Shown here in pieces: positions 48,301 to 61,663 of a stretch of DNA of 64,000 nucleotides; within the stretch, counting starts at the first letter, position 1; each line of letters starts with the position of its first letter. Location: NCBI RefSeq assembly GCF_038025025.1, contig NW_027117339.1:1736001-1800000 (forward strand), read 5' to 3'. The stretch comes from Phyllosticta citribraziliensis (Eukaryota). The notes under the pieces are model-generated. The model searched no databases, was not told the origin of the DNA, and worked only from the letters and a program-made list of their open reading frames with translations. The translations under genes were made by a program, and so were the position numbers.

Positions 48301-51300
48301 TCCTGTCCATTTTTCGCCCTTCACCATCTTCTTTGGCGAACATCGGCGTTGATGTGCGGTTTGACTGTTCTCCGGCTGGCGCGCGCAGCTCGCAAGTCGT
48401 TGTCGCTTGTCGTCGAAGCGGAGCTGGAACCGGGCCACGCGAGATTGGCATGCGAGAAAAGACTGGGGCGCTTTTTGGGGAGCTTTGATGCTGCGGCAGC
48501 GCGGTTGGCTCCCGGTCGGGCAGCGTGTGAAACATGGGGGGAACGAACGCTGCAGGGGATGGGTGGCCGGCATGAATCCTTGGTTGAGAAAAAGAAATAC
48601 AGCCGGGTAATCTGCGGGACGATCTGGATCGTTGATCCCTTGCTGTCTCGCGTATCTGGTATGATTTTTTTTAAGCGCCTTCGATGTGCTGGAGTGCACA
48701 TGGTCAGCGACTGCCAACGGCGAAGAAGCATCCTTTGGTGCTACTCATGGTGGCCGAGGTTCATTTGTGGTCAGCGCAGTCGAATTGAGGCGACGACCGA
48801 ATGACCACGGGCACGACGTCTTGATGTCTTGAACTTTTTCCACGTCGCTCCAAAATGCCGGCCGTCCAAAAGGTCAGTCGAGGGGCTTTTCTCTCAGCTC
48901 ACTCGACCTCACCTGATCCCCAAGGAAAATCCAAACACCGCAACCAAAGATGCTCGCCGTGCCGAGTCAATTCAACGGCGCTTCGCGCGCATAATTTTTC
49001 CCAATCAAGAACAGACTGGGCACCAAAGTACATGCTCCGCACACGGAGTATTCAAAGACTGGATTTCAAGTCGTCGTGGTGATGATGGTAGTGCACGGGT
49101 ACAGATCCCTCGTCATTTGCTCAAATTGCCCAAGTGCATTTCTACTCAACCGATCAACCCATCGAGCTGAGTCGATTGCCTCGAGGCGCCCTTTCGTAGC
49201 CAAGGGATGTTGAGGGCGAGAGGTAAACGAGGAGGAACTCCTGTGAAAGGTGATGGGGGCGGAGCAAATGGTTGTGCAGCGTGCTTCGTGAGTCGCTCCA
49301 TAGATAGACCTTGAAGTGGTGCAGCCCAGCACCGTTGAGCTGTTGCGCATTGAGCGGTGCTGGTGCGAGACGAGTAACGACGACGCCGCACAACGAGCGT
49401 CGCCTTGGCCGTATCCATGCGGTGATCGCACAGGGCAGACTAAAGAGACACAACACAAAAGGACAAGGGCATGGATGTAAGAGCAAGGGCCAGGGCGGAC
49501 GGGGAGCAGGGCGCTACCTACGGACGGACGCGCCGCCATTCATCGTTCGCCTGACGGCGGACGCGGGGACCACACTTTGTTTGGCGCCCGTCTGCCTTGG
49601 AGCTTCGTGCACCGTTTTAGGCGTCGCGTCAGACGTATTTTTGTAGCCGTGTCGAATGCGAATAGTGATTAGCTGATGAGTACCAAATATGCTCGTGTTG
49701 AGAGACTGTGCAGCAGCAGCATGAATTGTTGCCTATATCGTAGAGCAGCGCAGGATTCAGGTTGGGTCGGTGATGTTTGCCTGGCTGTCACATCGCGCAT
49801 CTGTCTCACTCTCAGCGGGCACCAATGTAATGGACAGCGCGGCGAGCGAGCGGTCGACTTGGTTTGTTCAGCGAATCTTAAATCGACCAAATCACCAACA
49901 CACGAGAGGGCAGCCCGCCAGCCAGCCAGCCAGCCAAGTAAGCAAGCAATCCGCCCTTCCTCGTGCGCTCCCGACCCGTCCTCCGCGTGTGTGCGTGGGC
50001 AGCCGGAAGGCAGAGCCGTCGGTCAAGCCACCTACTGAAAACCAACGCCATCACCGCTGCCATGACCGCGCGTGGCGTGCTGACTGGCTGACTACACCGA
50101 GTAGCAAAACACTTGACGCGCCCCCTCCGTAGCCGCCAGCAGGCAGCAGCGTGTTTTTCGATACCTCTTTCTTTGTTGGATGCGGATCCTAATGCCCGCC
50201 ATGTGTCAGTCGAGCCAGCCAGCCAGCCGCGACCGGCCGGCTCGCTAGCTCCTATGCGCTAGTGGGGCGTGGTCCCAGAGAAAGGTTGCCTACTGGGAAA
50301 GGGCTCGCGCGGAAACAAAGGGCGACGGACAGCTTCAGATCTGGTTTCGGACCGGTGACGATGGATTTCTTTCGGTTCCGGGATGGATGAGACGGCGCCG
50401 GGCTGCCGATGAGCCGGGGGATCAGTAAGAGTCGGTGATGTACATGTCGGCGGAGGGATGGATCAAAGCCTCCAAGCGACATGTATTTTGGGGTTGTTTG
50501 AGAACGTAGATGACGCTGCGTGGGATCGCTTTTAGCATTTGATCCCAGCAGCCAATCCGTTGACCTCATCGACGGACCAGTGGCTGTGTACGCTGCAAGC
50601 TGAGAAGGAAACGGAAAGGTCACTAGTGGACATGTTTGGCCCGTCGACTAGAGTGTGTTGGGGCACGTTGTCCAGACCATGGCCTCAGTCGCCGCATCCG
50701 GCCGTCTGACTGATTGCACGCAGCGACCACGCCGCACAAACGTGCTCTTCGCGAGCGGGTTCCCGATGTCGAGTGTTTGATTTCACGTTTGAAAAGCGTT
50801 GGAAAGAGCTGAAAGAATGCGGTGCCATGCGGGCGTGCCGTGTGGCGGCCGTGGATTTCTCACACGTTGCAAAGAACGCAAACGGCATTCCTGAGGGAGC
50901 AAGGCAGTGGCAGTGCAGATTGTGGTCCCGCGCTGGAATGTTTCATTCCTCTGATCTTCGCCACTTGGCTCGTCGCCAAATGTTGAGTCGATGATGATCC
51001 TCGACCGGTCACGATTGTTTGTTACACACGCCTTCCCCCCTCCCAGCCACCGGCCGTCGTGTAGCTCTTTTGGCTCGGGAGCGGTGTAGACTTTTGGTTG
51101 ATGTTAAAGGCATAGTCGATGCGGACCAGAAAGCCAACACCGTGGTCGACGACTACCACGAAACTTGCTGCGACCCACGCTCTTGAAACACTTGTGCCCA
51201 CATCGGCTGCGCCTGTGAAAGTGTGGGCCACTCGCTAGCTTTGATCAATGTTGTACACAAGTCGGTATGTGCGCATAACGGTTCGACTTATGGCCAAATG

Positions 51301-51996
51301 GCCTTGCAACAACGTGCTTGAAGATGTAATGATGATGACATGGCTATGGTCACGTAAGACGAGCGATTTGTTTCAAGCGTCAGGAGGAGGGCCAAAACGG
51401 CCATGAGACTCGGAAACGAGACCGAAGTTGGCGCATGTGGTGCATGAAAAGGAGGGGAAAAAAAAAAAAAAAAAACATGAGAGAGGTTGGCGACAATAGC
51501 CGCTGACAGACCATACGCACGTTTCCGACGGGTGTATCACCGGGAGCCATCTTGCGACGACGCTGTTCCCAAACCCGGTTGTTGGGAAAAGTAGCACTCA
51601 GTGTGGCATGCCGGGCGTCAATAATAACGAGTGCTAAGTCTGCAAGAAACCTTTGAGCCATGTGGGAGACCAGTACGGAGCGTGTGTGCAGCCGAGATAT
51701 TCTCCGAGGGAGCACGGAATGAGTAGGATTCCGCCCGCGTTGCTCAGAGAGGGTGTGGGGGGCGCATGACACGGGCGGCTCTCCAACATGCGCATCAAAT
51801 TGTTGCAATCAAAGGCATGGGCTGGTTGGACGAACCAAGAGTGGTCTGGACGCAGCAGTCAGTACATGGCGGGTAGTACAGGGTGGCCATGGAGGAGGGT
51901 TGCTTTTTTGGGGGGATAGCGGAAGGCCGAAAGCGAGTGGACTTTGCAAAGGGCTTGCTCGCCCTGGCGCCGTGACCGGAATGTGCGACAAAGAGC

Positions 51997-52020
51997 TCAG
52001 AGAGAGAGAGAGAGAGAGAG
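51997..52020. repeat. (GA)n microsatellite
   Basis: About 11 GA units. Confidence 0.85.
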
Positions 52021-54080
52021 GTCGCGGCCGTTTGTCGCTAGCGCGTTGCAGAACGTGACTGTCGTCTGTAGCGGTTCTTCATGGCGTCATGCGGACCAAC
52101 GAAACCACGAGACTAGGGACATGTGGGCTGACGGGCGAGGCCAGAGCCGTTGATGGGGACGGTGGGCAGGGAGCTCTTTTTTCTTTCTTTTTTTTTTTTC
52201 GGTTCGTATTGTGCGGATATTGTCGCTGGTCGCAGGGGACAGACAGGAGAAGGGGGGCTCGGCGGAGTTGGAGTGGTTCGAGGGTCGAGGGTCGAAGTGT
52301 GGTGGTGGTTCGCGGGACCCCAGGCAGGCCGAGATTGGCGAGCGGCACAGGAAGACTCCCTGACATGGACTTTGAGTGGCGGCCAGTCGGCTTGCAGAAG
52401 GCGTGGCACAGATGGATGTCTCGTTGCGCCGGGCAATCAAGATTGGGGTGGTACGAGGGGGGAAGGCGTGTGCGAGGGTGTCGATGGCCAACGATGATGG
52501 GATGGACGAGAGATTGAGGCGAGTGGCATGAGAAATGCAGGCGTGCATGGGCGTCCCGCCGTTGCGGGCGGGCGGACAGAGGGGGGCGAGGACCACGAGA
52601 GAAGTGAGAGCACAGCGGAGACGAGCGAGGGCGTGAGCGAGTGGGACGTGGACGTGGAGACGGATGGATGATGGACAAGGACAAGGGCCGCACTGACGGG
52701 CGGAGAGCCACGAGGCTGGGGCTGTAAGGAAAAGGAAAAGCGAGAAAGAATACGCATGTGTCAGCACCTGAGTCGTGATCGTGGTCGTGGTCGTCGTCGT
52801 GGTCGCGGTCGCGGGTGAGTCATGGCTGGCTGGCTTAACCCGGCGGCTCCACGTGCATCCAGTCTTCAACTCTGCGTCCCGCTGCTTTGGGATGGCCCGA
52901 GTCGTGCCATGCAAGGCACGCCCAGAGCCACCACCGCCAGCCCAGGGCAGCCCAGCCCAGCCCAGCGAACTGCCCTGCTCTGCTCCACGTACTGCATCTT
53001 TGCCCATCTCACACCTCACTCCGACTGACGCTGCGCTGCTCGCTGCTCGCTGCTCGCTGCTCGCCTTCATCTGGCTCCTGCGTCGTCCAGGTCGCCCTCC
53101 CCTCCCCACCTCAATCACGGCAGCTTCCTTGTCCCTGCCATCGGCCCCGGGCCCTGCACCTCCCCCTCGCTCGCCCTCGCCCTCGCCCTCGCCCTCGCTC
53201 CTGTCAGGTCCCCCCGCCCGCCTACTGTAGGGAAAACGAAGTCGCCGCCCCAGCTCCTCTCCTCCCCTCCCCTCCGCTCTGCCTCGCTTTCACCCACACC
53301 AATCCACCCCTCGATTCGACAGTGAGAACCACCGCACCGCTACCAAGTCTCCCAGGCAATTCCGCGCGCCCTGTCCCCTTGCCGGCCTGCCCGCTCGTGA
53401 CCGCCTCAGTCTCAATCTGGTCTTTCGTGCAACCGCGTAGTCGTGCGCCACCGTTTCCGACTCCCCTTGAAGCCCACCGTCTTACGCCCGACCCCGACCC
53501 CGACCCTCGAACTCGATCCCCTCCCCCAGAGACCAGAGACCAGAGACCAGAGACGTCCACTCGACCTGACGCCAACGCCGCTGTTCACCGCGCGCGCCTA
53601 GCTCTTTCTTCGTTCTTCGTTCTTACCCACCTGCGTACCTGCCTACCGTACTCTCTCGTCCATCCCTCTGGTCCACCTCGCCTCGCCTCGCCTCGCTCCG
53701 CTCGCTTGCTTCGCATGACCATTGCCTGCAACATCCCGCCATCCCCCATCACCCGGGTCTTGTCCACTCTCCTCGAATCCTTCTTTGCGCCATCGCCTCC
53801 ATCCCACGCTCCCACCGCTCTCAAGCCTCGTTCCGCATTTCGGCTGCAGCCACGCACCCTTTGGCTCCCAGGCGCCTGCCGTTCCTCGATGCTCTGCTTC
53901 TAGCCGCCTTCTGCATCCGTCTCGATTCGGCCCGGACGCAAAGGTGCTGTCGCTGCTGCCACCAAAAACCTACCATTCCTTTGGCTCGACTACCTCCAGT
54001 CTACTTGCCTCGCTCACCCTGTCCGCCTGTCAACCGCAATCCCAATTATTGCGCCCCTTCCTCTACCGTACTTGCCGACT

Positions 54081-54213
54081 GTAAGTGTGCTCCTTCCCTT
54101 GACATGCACGCGTCACGCTCGTGGCCACCCCTCCCCCCTCCCCCCCCCCCCCGTCTCGGCTCATCTCAAAGTAAATCTTCGCGACTCTCCGTCAGCCTGC
54201 TAACAGGGGACAG
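54081..54213 (+). other. Putative 5'-UTR intron of the bHLH gene
   Basis: GTAAGT donor at 54081, GCTAAC branch at 54199, CAG acceptor at 54213, about 300 nt upstream of the ATG. Confidence 0.6.
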
Positions 54214-54511
54214 CTTTTCGGCTCTTGTCATTGCTCGAGAGCCTTTCGGCTGATCTGCACGCCTGGCGCTCTTCGCATTTCGCATTGACTTCCCAGCTTT
54301 GAGGCCTTTACGGGAACAATCCCGCCGTTGCGACTCTGCTACGTCCAAGCTTCCCAAGGTTCCCGGGCGGCACTTCCTAGCGGTATCAAGACCGCTTCCG
54401 ACCAACCACCTTGGCAGCTGTCGACACCTTTTCAAAGCTCGACCACGCTCGTGTCGAACCTCAGCCCTCGACGACCTCACGTGAGATCCGGCCTTTTCCA
54501 CTCCCATCACC

Positions 54512-56061
54512 ATGTCACAGGCCACCGCCCTGCCTTCCATTGCGTCCTTGACCAATGCCCTTCCCCACGACCACCATCAGATGCCGCACAGGCACCAGTC
54601 GGACGCTCGCGACTCTGGCAACTGGTCCATTTCTCAGACCCAAAGCAAGCACTCTTCCGGCGTGTCGAACAACACCGGCCTCCAGCTGCAGACAATTCTC
54701 AACGCCGAGGACTCGCCATCACGAAACTCGATACCAGAGACGCCACATTCGGTCCGCCACCTTTCACAGGCGCCAACCTCGCTGCCATCCTTCAACCACA
54801 CGTTCGAAAACCGCCAGAGTCTCGATGCAAGCTCCTCGCACCTGGAGTCGCGCCGCAGCAGCGTCGACAGTCGCATGAATGCTGGCATGAGCCATCTTGC
54901 CATCAGTCCCTCGTCGCCTTACGAGAGCCAAAATGCATCTCGCGTGTCTCTGGTCTCGACACTGCAGCAGCAACGGGGTATCACCAATGACCAGAGACCA
55001 AACGGTGGTCCGCCACCCCTTTCGCCCTTGGGTCCCAGAACCTCGTTGCGGGCCAATCAACCACCTCGTCGGGCACCGGTCATCAACCCTAACCCGCGCA
55101 GTGTTTCCGGTATGCCGGATCCCATGGCAGCTGCTCCCACCAAGGGTTTCCCGTGGGCCTTCCCGGACCAAGCCGAACCGGACGATCGTCGTGGCTCCAG
55201 CAGTGGAGACTCCAGCATAGAGAGGTCGACCCGATCAATCCCCTCGCGGCAGAATAGCTTCGCAACGTCCATCAACAGCAGCATCTACAATGTCGATTCT
55301 CAACTGCCACCCGGTCAAAAGAGATTCGACGATGGTGAGCTGCTCATCTCTTATTTCAAATTGTCTTTCTAACGGTTGCAGAAATCCCGCACACCCACCA
55401 TCACTCCATGCAGCACCGCAACGTGACGAGCCTCCAGGCCGAACATCCTTCTTCGGCCGGTACTGGCAATTACAGCAGGACCCCGGAACTGCGCGTCAGC
55501 CACAAGATGGCCGAAAGAAAGAGGAGGAGCGAGATGAAAACCCTATTCGACGAGCTGAATGGCATCTTGCCCAGCTCCGCAGGAAGCAAGTCGAGCAAGT
55601 GGGAAATTCTCACAAAGTGTAAGCGGGTCTAGCTTCGCCACTTGCGCACTGACTAACAACGTTCAGCGATCGATTACATCAAAAGTCTTCAGCGAAACTA
55701 CGACAGGTTGCAGGCAGACAATGCGCGCATGCGACAGGAGTCCGCCGCCGTGTCGATGAATGGTCGTTCCGAAGAGATGGCTCGCGAGAACGCTGAACTC
55801 AAGCACGAATTGCACGCCGCCTGGGCTCAGCTACGGCAAATGGATCCCAACCACCCTCACGTGTACGGTCCAATGACCAACTACCTCGCCCAACAAAACA
55901 ACCAAACCCCAGCTCAGAACGGACCTGGTCAGCAAAATGTTCTTCCTCCGTTGCAGCAGCACCCGGTGGGCTCTCAATGGACGAACGGCACTCCTGCCCA
56001 ACAGACGACGGCCATGCAGGGCGTCGAATTTGCTGGCGGACGGGCATACAACCACAGATGA
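54512..56061 (+). CDS. bHLH transcription factor (S. pombe Esc1-like family)
   Basis: Introns 55335-55381 and 55619-55666. bHLH [55 protein letters not shown] followed by a coiled coil; Ser-rich N-terminus. Confidence 0.92.
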
Positions 56062-59000
56062 TGGTTTGCACCGCGATGAAGCGCTTCTCCAAAGCTCCGC
56101 CAGCTCCTCCCAGCGTAATGCATAACATACGACAATTTACCAGCTGCATCACTTTCGGATGCGGCTTGAACTTCCGGTTTTCCCTCGATTTCAGTTTCAC
56201 GCATTGTACGATAGGGCTCCTCTGCATACCTTATACCACTACGACGGGACTACACCCGGACTCCGATATATTTACTCCAAGGGACTTGTTATCATGTCCT
56301 CAGCGGCATGGGGTCGCCGTTCGGCCCTATGCCCCTTCCGACTTCGCTACACTTTCTCCAGGATTCCCACAATGTTCTCCTTGTCGCCGCAATCTTGCTC
56401 ACGGCTGCCAGTGTTTCATCTATTTGGGTTGCTGCTTCCATGGCGCATGCTGTTGATTATGGGAATACCCACAAAATGCGGCGTGGGTTATCAAAATAAA
56501 GACAGGGGCAAAATGCAATCAATCGATTTCGACACATGCGACAGCGCATTTTCAATATTTCCACGTCGAGCCAAATGTTTCTTTGAGCTTATGGCTATTC
56601 CTCGATTACTTGGACGCCCCCTTTCCTCTCCTGCACTTTTCGCTTTTTCTTCTGGCAACTCACGTGGCTACATGGATTCTCTCCATCTTAATGGGACCAA
56701 AGACTTGGGCGCTCTCAGCTTCCGCCTTTCTCGCTGTTATGTAGAACAGGCAAATGCCTCACCGCGACATCCTATCACACCTTTTCTTTGAAGCTTGTTC
56801 CAGCTGGCCCTTCTGGCTTTTGATGGATACACACTCTACAATAACTCGTGGAATGAGATCAAGGCTTGCATTCACTCCAATCCTGTGATTTCTCAATGAT
56901 CTTTCTGCGTCTGCAACCACCCGCGAAGTCAGAATTCACCGACTACGATACCTCGATGCAGATGGCCCAAGTCAGGTCTCGGAATGGTGAACTCGCTCGT
57001 CGGATACTGCCTCGCCTGTCGCAACACAAAGCATGTCGGCACACAGCATCGGGCCTACTAGTTGCCGACTCATCAACAGAAGAGTCGCGATGGAAAACAG
57101 ATAGGAGTAGCACCGAGACTGCAACCGCCGATGAGTGCCTCCCAATGCACCAGAACGCGCATCATTCAATCACGCCTCGCCATTGACGTATGGTACCTGG
57201 GGAAGCGGCAGCGCGAGGCCAAATGGATAAGGACACCCATTTCCGCATCAGGCATCCACGGCATTCCACATGATGAACACGAGCGCCACGTGCTGCGGCT
57301 TGCTTTTCGGTTCTGCTTGCTTACCGGGTACAACAACACAGTAACGACGAGCCCTTCGGTCAGCCCTCTTTCCACTGCCGGCGCAGGTAGGCAACCTACT
57401 TTTGGTTGGCTTGACTGAAAGTTCGGTGAGTGGATGGGTGCATGCATCCGACTTCGCCACACTTACGACGACGCTCTCTCGTCTTCGTTCTTCGTCTGCC
57501 GTCCGTCGGTCTAGGTGTAGCCAAGACCCGAGACAAGAAGACGCCTGCCTATCACTTTTTTTCATTCCTTCTTTCTTGACACACCGATCTCCGGTCTTGT
57601 CGGCGAAAGGAGATCTACACCCGATGTTTCCTCTCTGTCCTGCAGTCTCTGCCGTGCGAGCATGGGGGAAAGGGGGGGTTGCCAGCATGCCGGGCGTAGG
57701 GGCCTGAGAAGAAGGACTGCAGCCGTGCTTATCAGATCAAATCCGAATGAGTGGTTTGCAGAGCCGTCGAAAACGACGCTTGTACACATCACCACATGAC
57801 GAAGCATCCTGTGCTTCAACTCTACTTGCTGCGGAAGTTCTGCACCACGCGATGCCACCACGCGTCTCCACTCACATTTCCGCATCGTGGCAACATCACA
57901 GAGAAAAGTCCTCCAGCAAACAAAATGCACCAAATGCCCATCGTCATATTGCGGCTTCGTGATTGTCGTGATTCGCCGCACCCCGGCGTCGATGCCGCGG
58001 ATCGAGGCAAGCAGTCTGGCCAATCACAAAGGCAACGGGCTGAGCCTATTTTGTTTTCCGCTCGCCACGTTCTCTTACTCGCCGGCGCGCGCTCCCGTGT
58101 CGAATGCGGTGGTGTGTGTGTGTGTGTGTGGGGGGGGGGGCAAGGGGGGTAGGGGTAGGGATGGGCTATGCAGGGTCCTGGTGTGTGTGCAGAAGGTGGT
58201 GGGTGGGTGGGCAAGTCCAGCACCCAATCACTCGCCCGCTCATCCACACAGCGACACATGGGCTTCTTCGTCCATTATTCACTCCATGGGCATTCGGTTT
58301 TTTCGTCGTCGTCGTCGGCGAATGGATTTCGTGGTGACACACAGACCAGTCTTCCTTCAGTCCCCGATCATTCGTCTGTATCATCCGGCGAGACCGTTCT
58401 CGTGAACAGCTAGCAGCCTCAGATGTGCTCTCTTCGCGCGGCGCGACAGTCGGTCCACGACATTCAGACGTGCGCATGCCATATGCGTGGTGAGCTTAGC
58501 CTCCTGCTTCCGCCGTTACCGCGAGCAAGCGCGCCCGACCATTTGGCTCGCATGCCTTCCGCATCGGGAAGACATGGGAATTCGAGGGGTCCAAAGTCGA
58601 TGCGGTCTCGAAAAGGGTTTCCTGCGAGATGCGTGCGGCGGCTTGGATGGCGGTGCTAGAGTTTGACGGGTTTAGAGATTGGGAAGGACTTGGGTTGGGT
58701 TGGGTGGTGATGGTGGTGTGCGAGCGCGCGCATGGCTTGTTGGGTGCAGTGGGAGTAGCGGCCAGCATGGACAAGGTGTGGCGATATCTGTGGATGGCAA
58801 TGATGTGCGTCGGAAAGCATGGTTTCTGCCAGCTAGTTTTGGGAGCGGGAACGGCAAGAGTATTGTTTGGAAACTCTAGAGACTCGCGTCGACCCTAGCC
58901 TTCGTCTCGTTCTCGTTCGTCTCGTGGCTCTCGTTTGCAAACCATGTATGTCTTTTGCGTGAAGACAGACTTTTACGATGTTGAAGAGGGAATGAGACAT

Positions 59001-59970
59001 CAACGGTCCTGATGGGAAGTATATCAGATTTGTTGGTCTCTGTTCGTATCTTGTGCAGTGAAAGTATGCCCATACGGCCGCTTGGAAAATTCAGAATCTC
59101 TCTTGACGATACAGCAAACACCGTCTCGAACCACCAGAGTTGGCGCAGTCTCGCATCGCACAACTCCTCGGCCGACCAACTCTATCCCGGGATCCCGTTT
59201 CGTCAGGATCCTTTTCAGCCTCCTCCGCGATACATACTTTGGAGGCGAGCCAGCAACCCAACAGCGCGACCATGCCGAAAGCGAAGAAAAGACCGCGTTC
59301 CAACCGCAAAACGCCTCCCGCCGCTATCACGGTCTGCCAGCACTACAAGTTACGACAACGCCAAAGGCCGGCTCCCGATTCAAGAAGGACACGGAGTAGT
59401 GCAGAAGAAAAGAGTCGAGATTTGCCAATACCGGCGCGGCAGTGATCGCCCACAAGAGCTCGCTGAAGCGGCAGGGCCCCCCGACCCCAACCTGGTCCGG
59501 GAAGCCCGCCGTCCGCGTGCCTACAGGCATGCCACGCGGCGATCGGCTTTTGCTTCCCTGCTCTCCCTTGGCTGGCGGGCTGGCTGGGCTTGTCTACGCC
59601 TCCAAACCGCATACGACAGTTGCGTTGCAGCGGCCGGCCCCCAACAGACACACAGACAACCTAGGCAACTGGCAAACTTCAGCCTCTTTTGGGGGATGGA
59701 TGCATGCGTGCCACATGCGTGTCCCTTTCCTTCCTGCTTACCCGACGACCGACCGACCTCCTCCCTGCGGTGCTTCTGGCTAGAAATGCTTCGGTGACCG
59801 CGGCCTGAGCAAAGCGAGTTGAGCTAATTTAGAACCAGCGGCCAAGCCTGGCCAAGCACATGCGCAAAGACAAGGGAGGAGAGATGGAATGGGAGCAGGC
59901 GACCAGACCTGCCCAACGAGGAAATCCAATTGCCGATATGGATGGCTTGACTTTCATGGCGAAGCGTTTG

Positions 59971-60003
<33 letters not shown>

Positions 60004-61630
60004 GTTTGTTCAGCTCTACGGACACCGTACCACCGATCAGCGCCAGATAACCAGAGCACTGACTACTGCCCTGTCCTGGAGCATTGGGGCCGGCACAAAA
60101 GAGTAGTCGCGCTTTGGACTCCTACTTTAGAATAGCAACAAGAAGCTCCCACAATGATTGACTTTCTTACTATCCCCGTCTGCCCATTGCTTACATACAG
60201 AGAGTACGACGGTACCAGTCGGCCAGCCGGACAGACGCATTCGGGAAAGGAGCCGGCCGCTCAGCCAGCCAACCACTGCAGCCAACGACCAGGAAGCCAG
60301 CCAGGGCAAACCAAACCCCCCGGCTCCTCCGCCCTTCCCTCCCATTGCCATGCGCGGGGGCGGCGGGCAGCGGACGCACGCGCGCCCCGGCATGCACATT
60401 GCACGCATGCTCGGCACGCCTTAAAACAACAATACAGACAAAACCGCAAAAAGCCACGCTGCTGCCACGCGAGTGGCGAACCGGTGCCTGACTCGCTCGC
60501 CGTGCGCCGCGGCGGCGGCGGGTGCGGCTGGAAGCCGACGGACATGGTTGATGGATGTGCAGTTTTTGAATGGTGGTGGAGGAGCGGGCGTGCCGCATGA
60601 GGATAAGCTGTTTTTCTTTTTCTTCTTTTTTCTTCTTTCTTTTTTTTGGTCCTCGCTGTGCCATGCTAGACAGGGTCGGAGCGCTGGCGGCGAGGCGACG
60701 GACGCACGCGGTATGCAAGCAGCGGCGCGGCGGGCAGCTGAGGTTGTTGCTGTACCACCACTCGAGTTGGTGTAACTTTTCATGACTGGGCTCTTGACCA
60801 GTACACTGCTCTCGTTGAGCTGTGGCCGTCGCGGTCATTCCACGCGTAGAATCTGGAGCCACTGATTGCCCATGCGCACACTCCTCGCATCAATTGTGCA
60901 ATTTATCAACTCTACTCCCTTGCCGAATACTACGGGCGAGGACAATGGCACAAGGACCTCCTAGCGGCCGGCCAGCTGCCGTGTAGCTGCAAGTATACTG
61001 CGTCGTGTTATGGTTGTACCCTATGGACTGCAACCATGCATTCATATGTAACTGCCGGCGGCCGCTGCTGAGTAAAAACTCAGACTGAGTCGGTCACGAC
61101 CAGGGTTGTCGTGGTGTAAGACGGTGTGGCCAAGCATTGTCCGCACTCTACTTCTCAACTCCGATCGTCTACTCCCGCTCGCTGCTCGGCGATAGTTGCA
61201 ACACAGGCCAGTTTTGCTGCCATCGGACCCTGTGTGTGGATTTCCAGCTGTTACGAGGGTCTCGTTGCACGGCATGACATTCCGCATCAATCAGACTGCT
61301 CCTGCTGCTAGTCATGCCGGAGGGCCATCGTCCGTCATTCGTTTTTCGTCGCTCGCGACGGACAGCTCTGTTACCTACCCCAAGGCCGAATGCGGCTCGC
61401 TACGACATATCAGTCTTCACGAGAGATGAACGCCTATCCAGCGGAGAAGCGCGTAGCCGCACGGTAGAGTAAATGGAGACATCACAGAAGGTCTTTGTGA
61501 ACCGCAATCTCACCGCCTGTTTCAAACAAGCAGGAATCATGCAGAGCCGGCCCGTCATTGTCAGTGTCAAAACATGCACGAAATGCATAATGGGCTCTGC
61601 TCGCTAGACAACCTCCTGACCCGTGACCTT

Positions 61631-61663
61631 CATCATCATCATCATCATCACCACCACCACCAC
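61631..61663. repeat. (CAT)n(CAC)n trinucleotide microsatellite
   Basis: CAT x6 followed by CAC x5. Confidence 0.85.

Noticed and set aside
51270..51300. GGTTCGA B-box-like motif suggesting a tRNA (also ~61727)
   Set aside because: No cloverleaf, A-box or acceptor stem.
52079..53903. Long ORFs of 210-343 aa upstream of the bHLH gene
   Set aside because: Pro/Arg/Ser-rich translations of microsatellite-laden, GC-rich non-coding DNA, with no domain motifs and often non-ATG starts.
47770..57300. CACGTG E-boxes around the bHLH gene as autoregulatory sites
   Set aside because: A few hexamers in about 10 kb is near chance expectation.
59012..59797. 261-aa ORF in the downstream non-coding tract
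   Set aside because: No recognisable motifs or codon bias, and the overlapping frames are equally uninformative.
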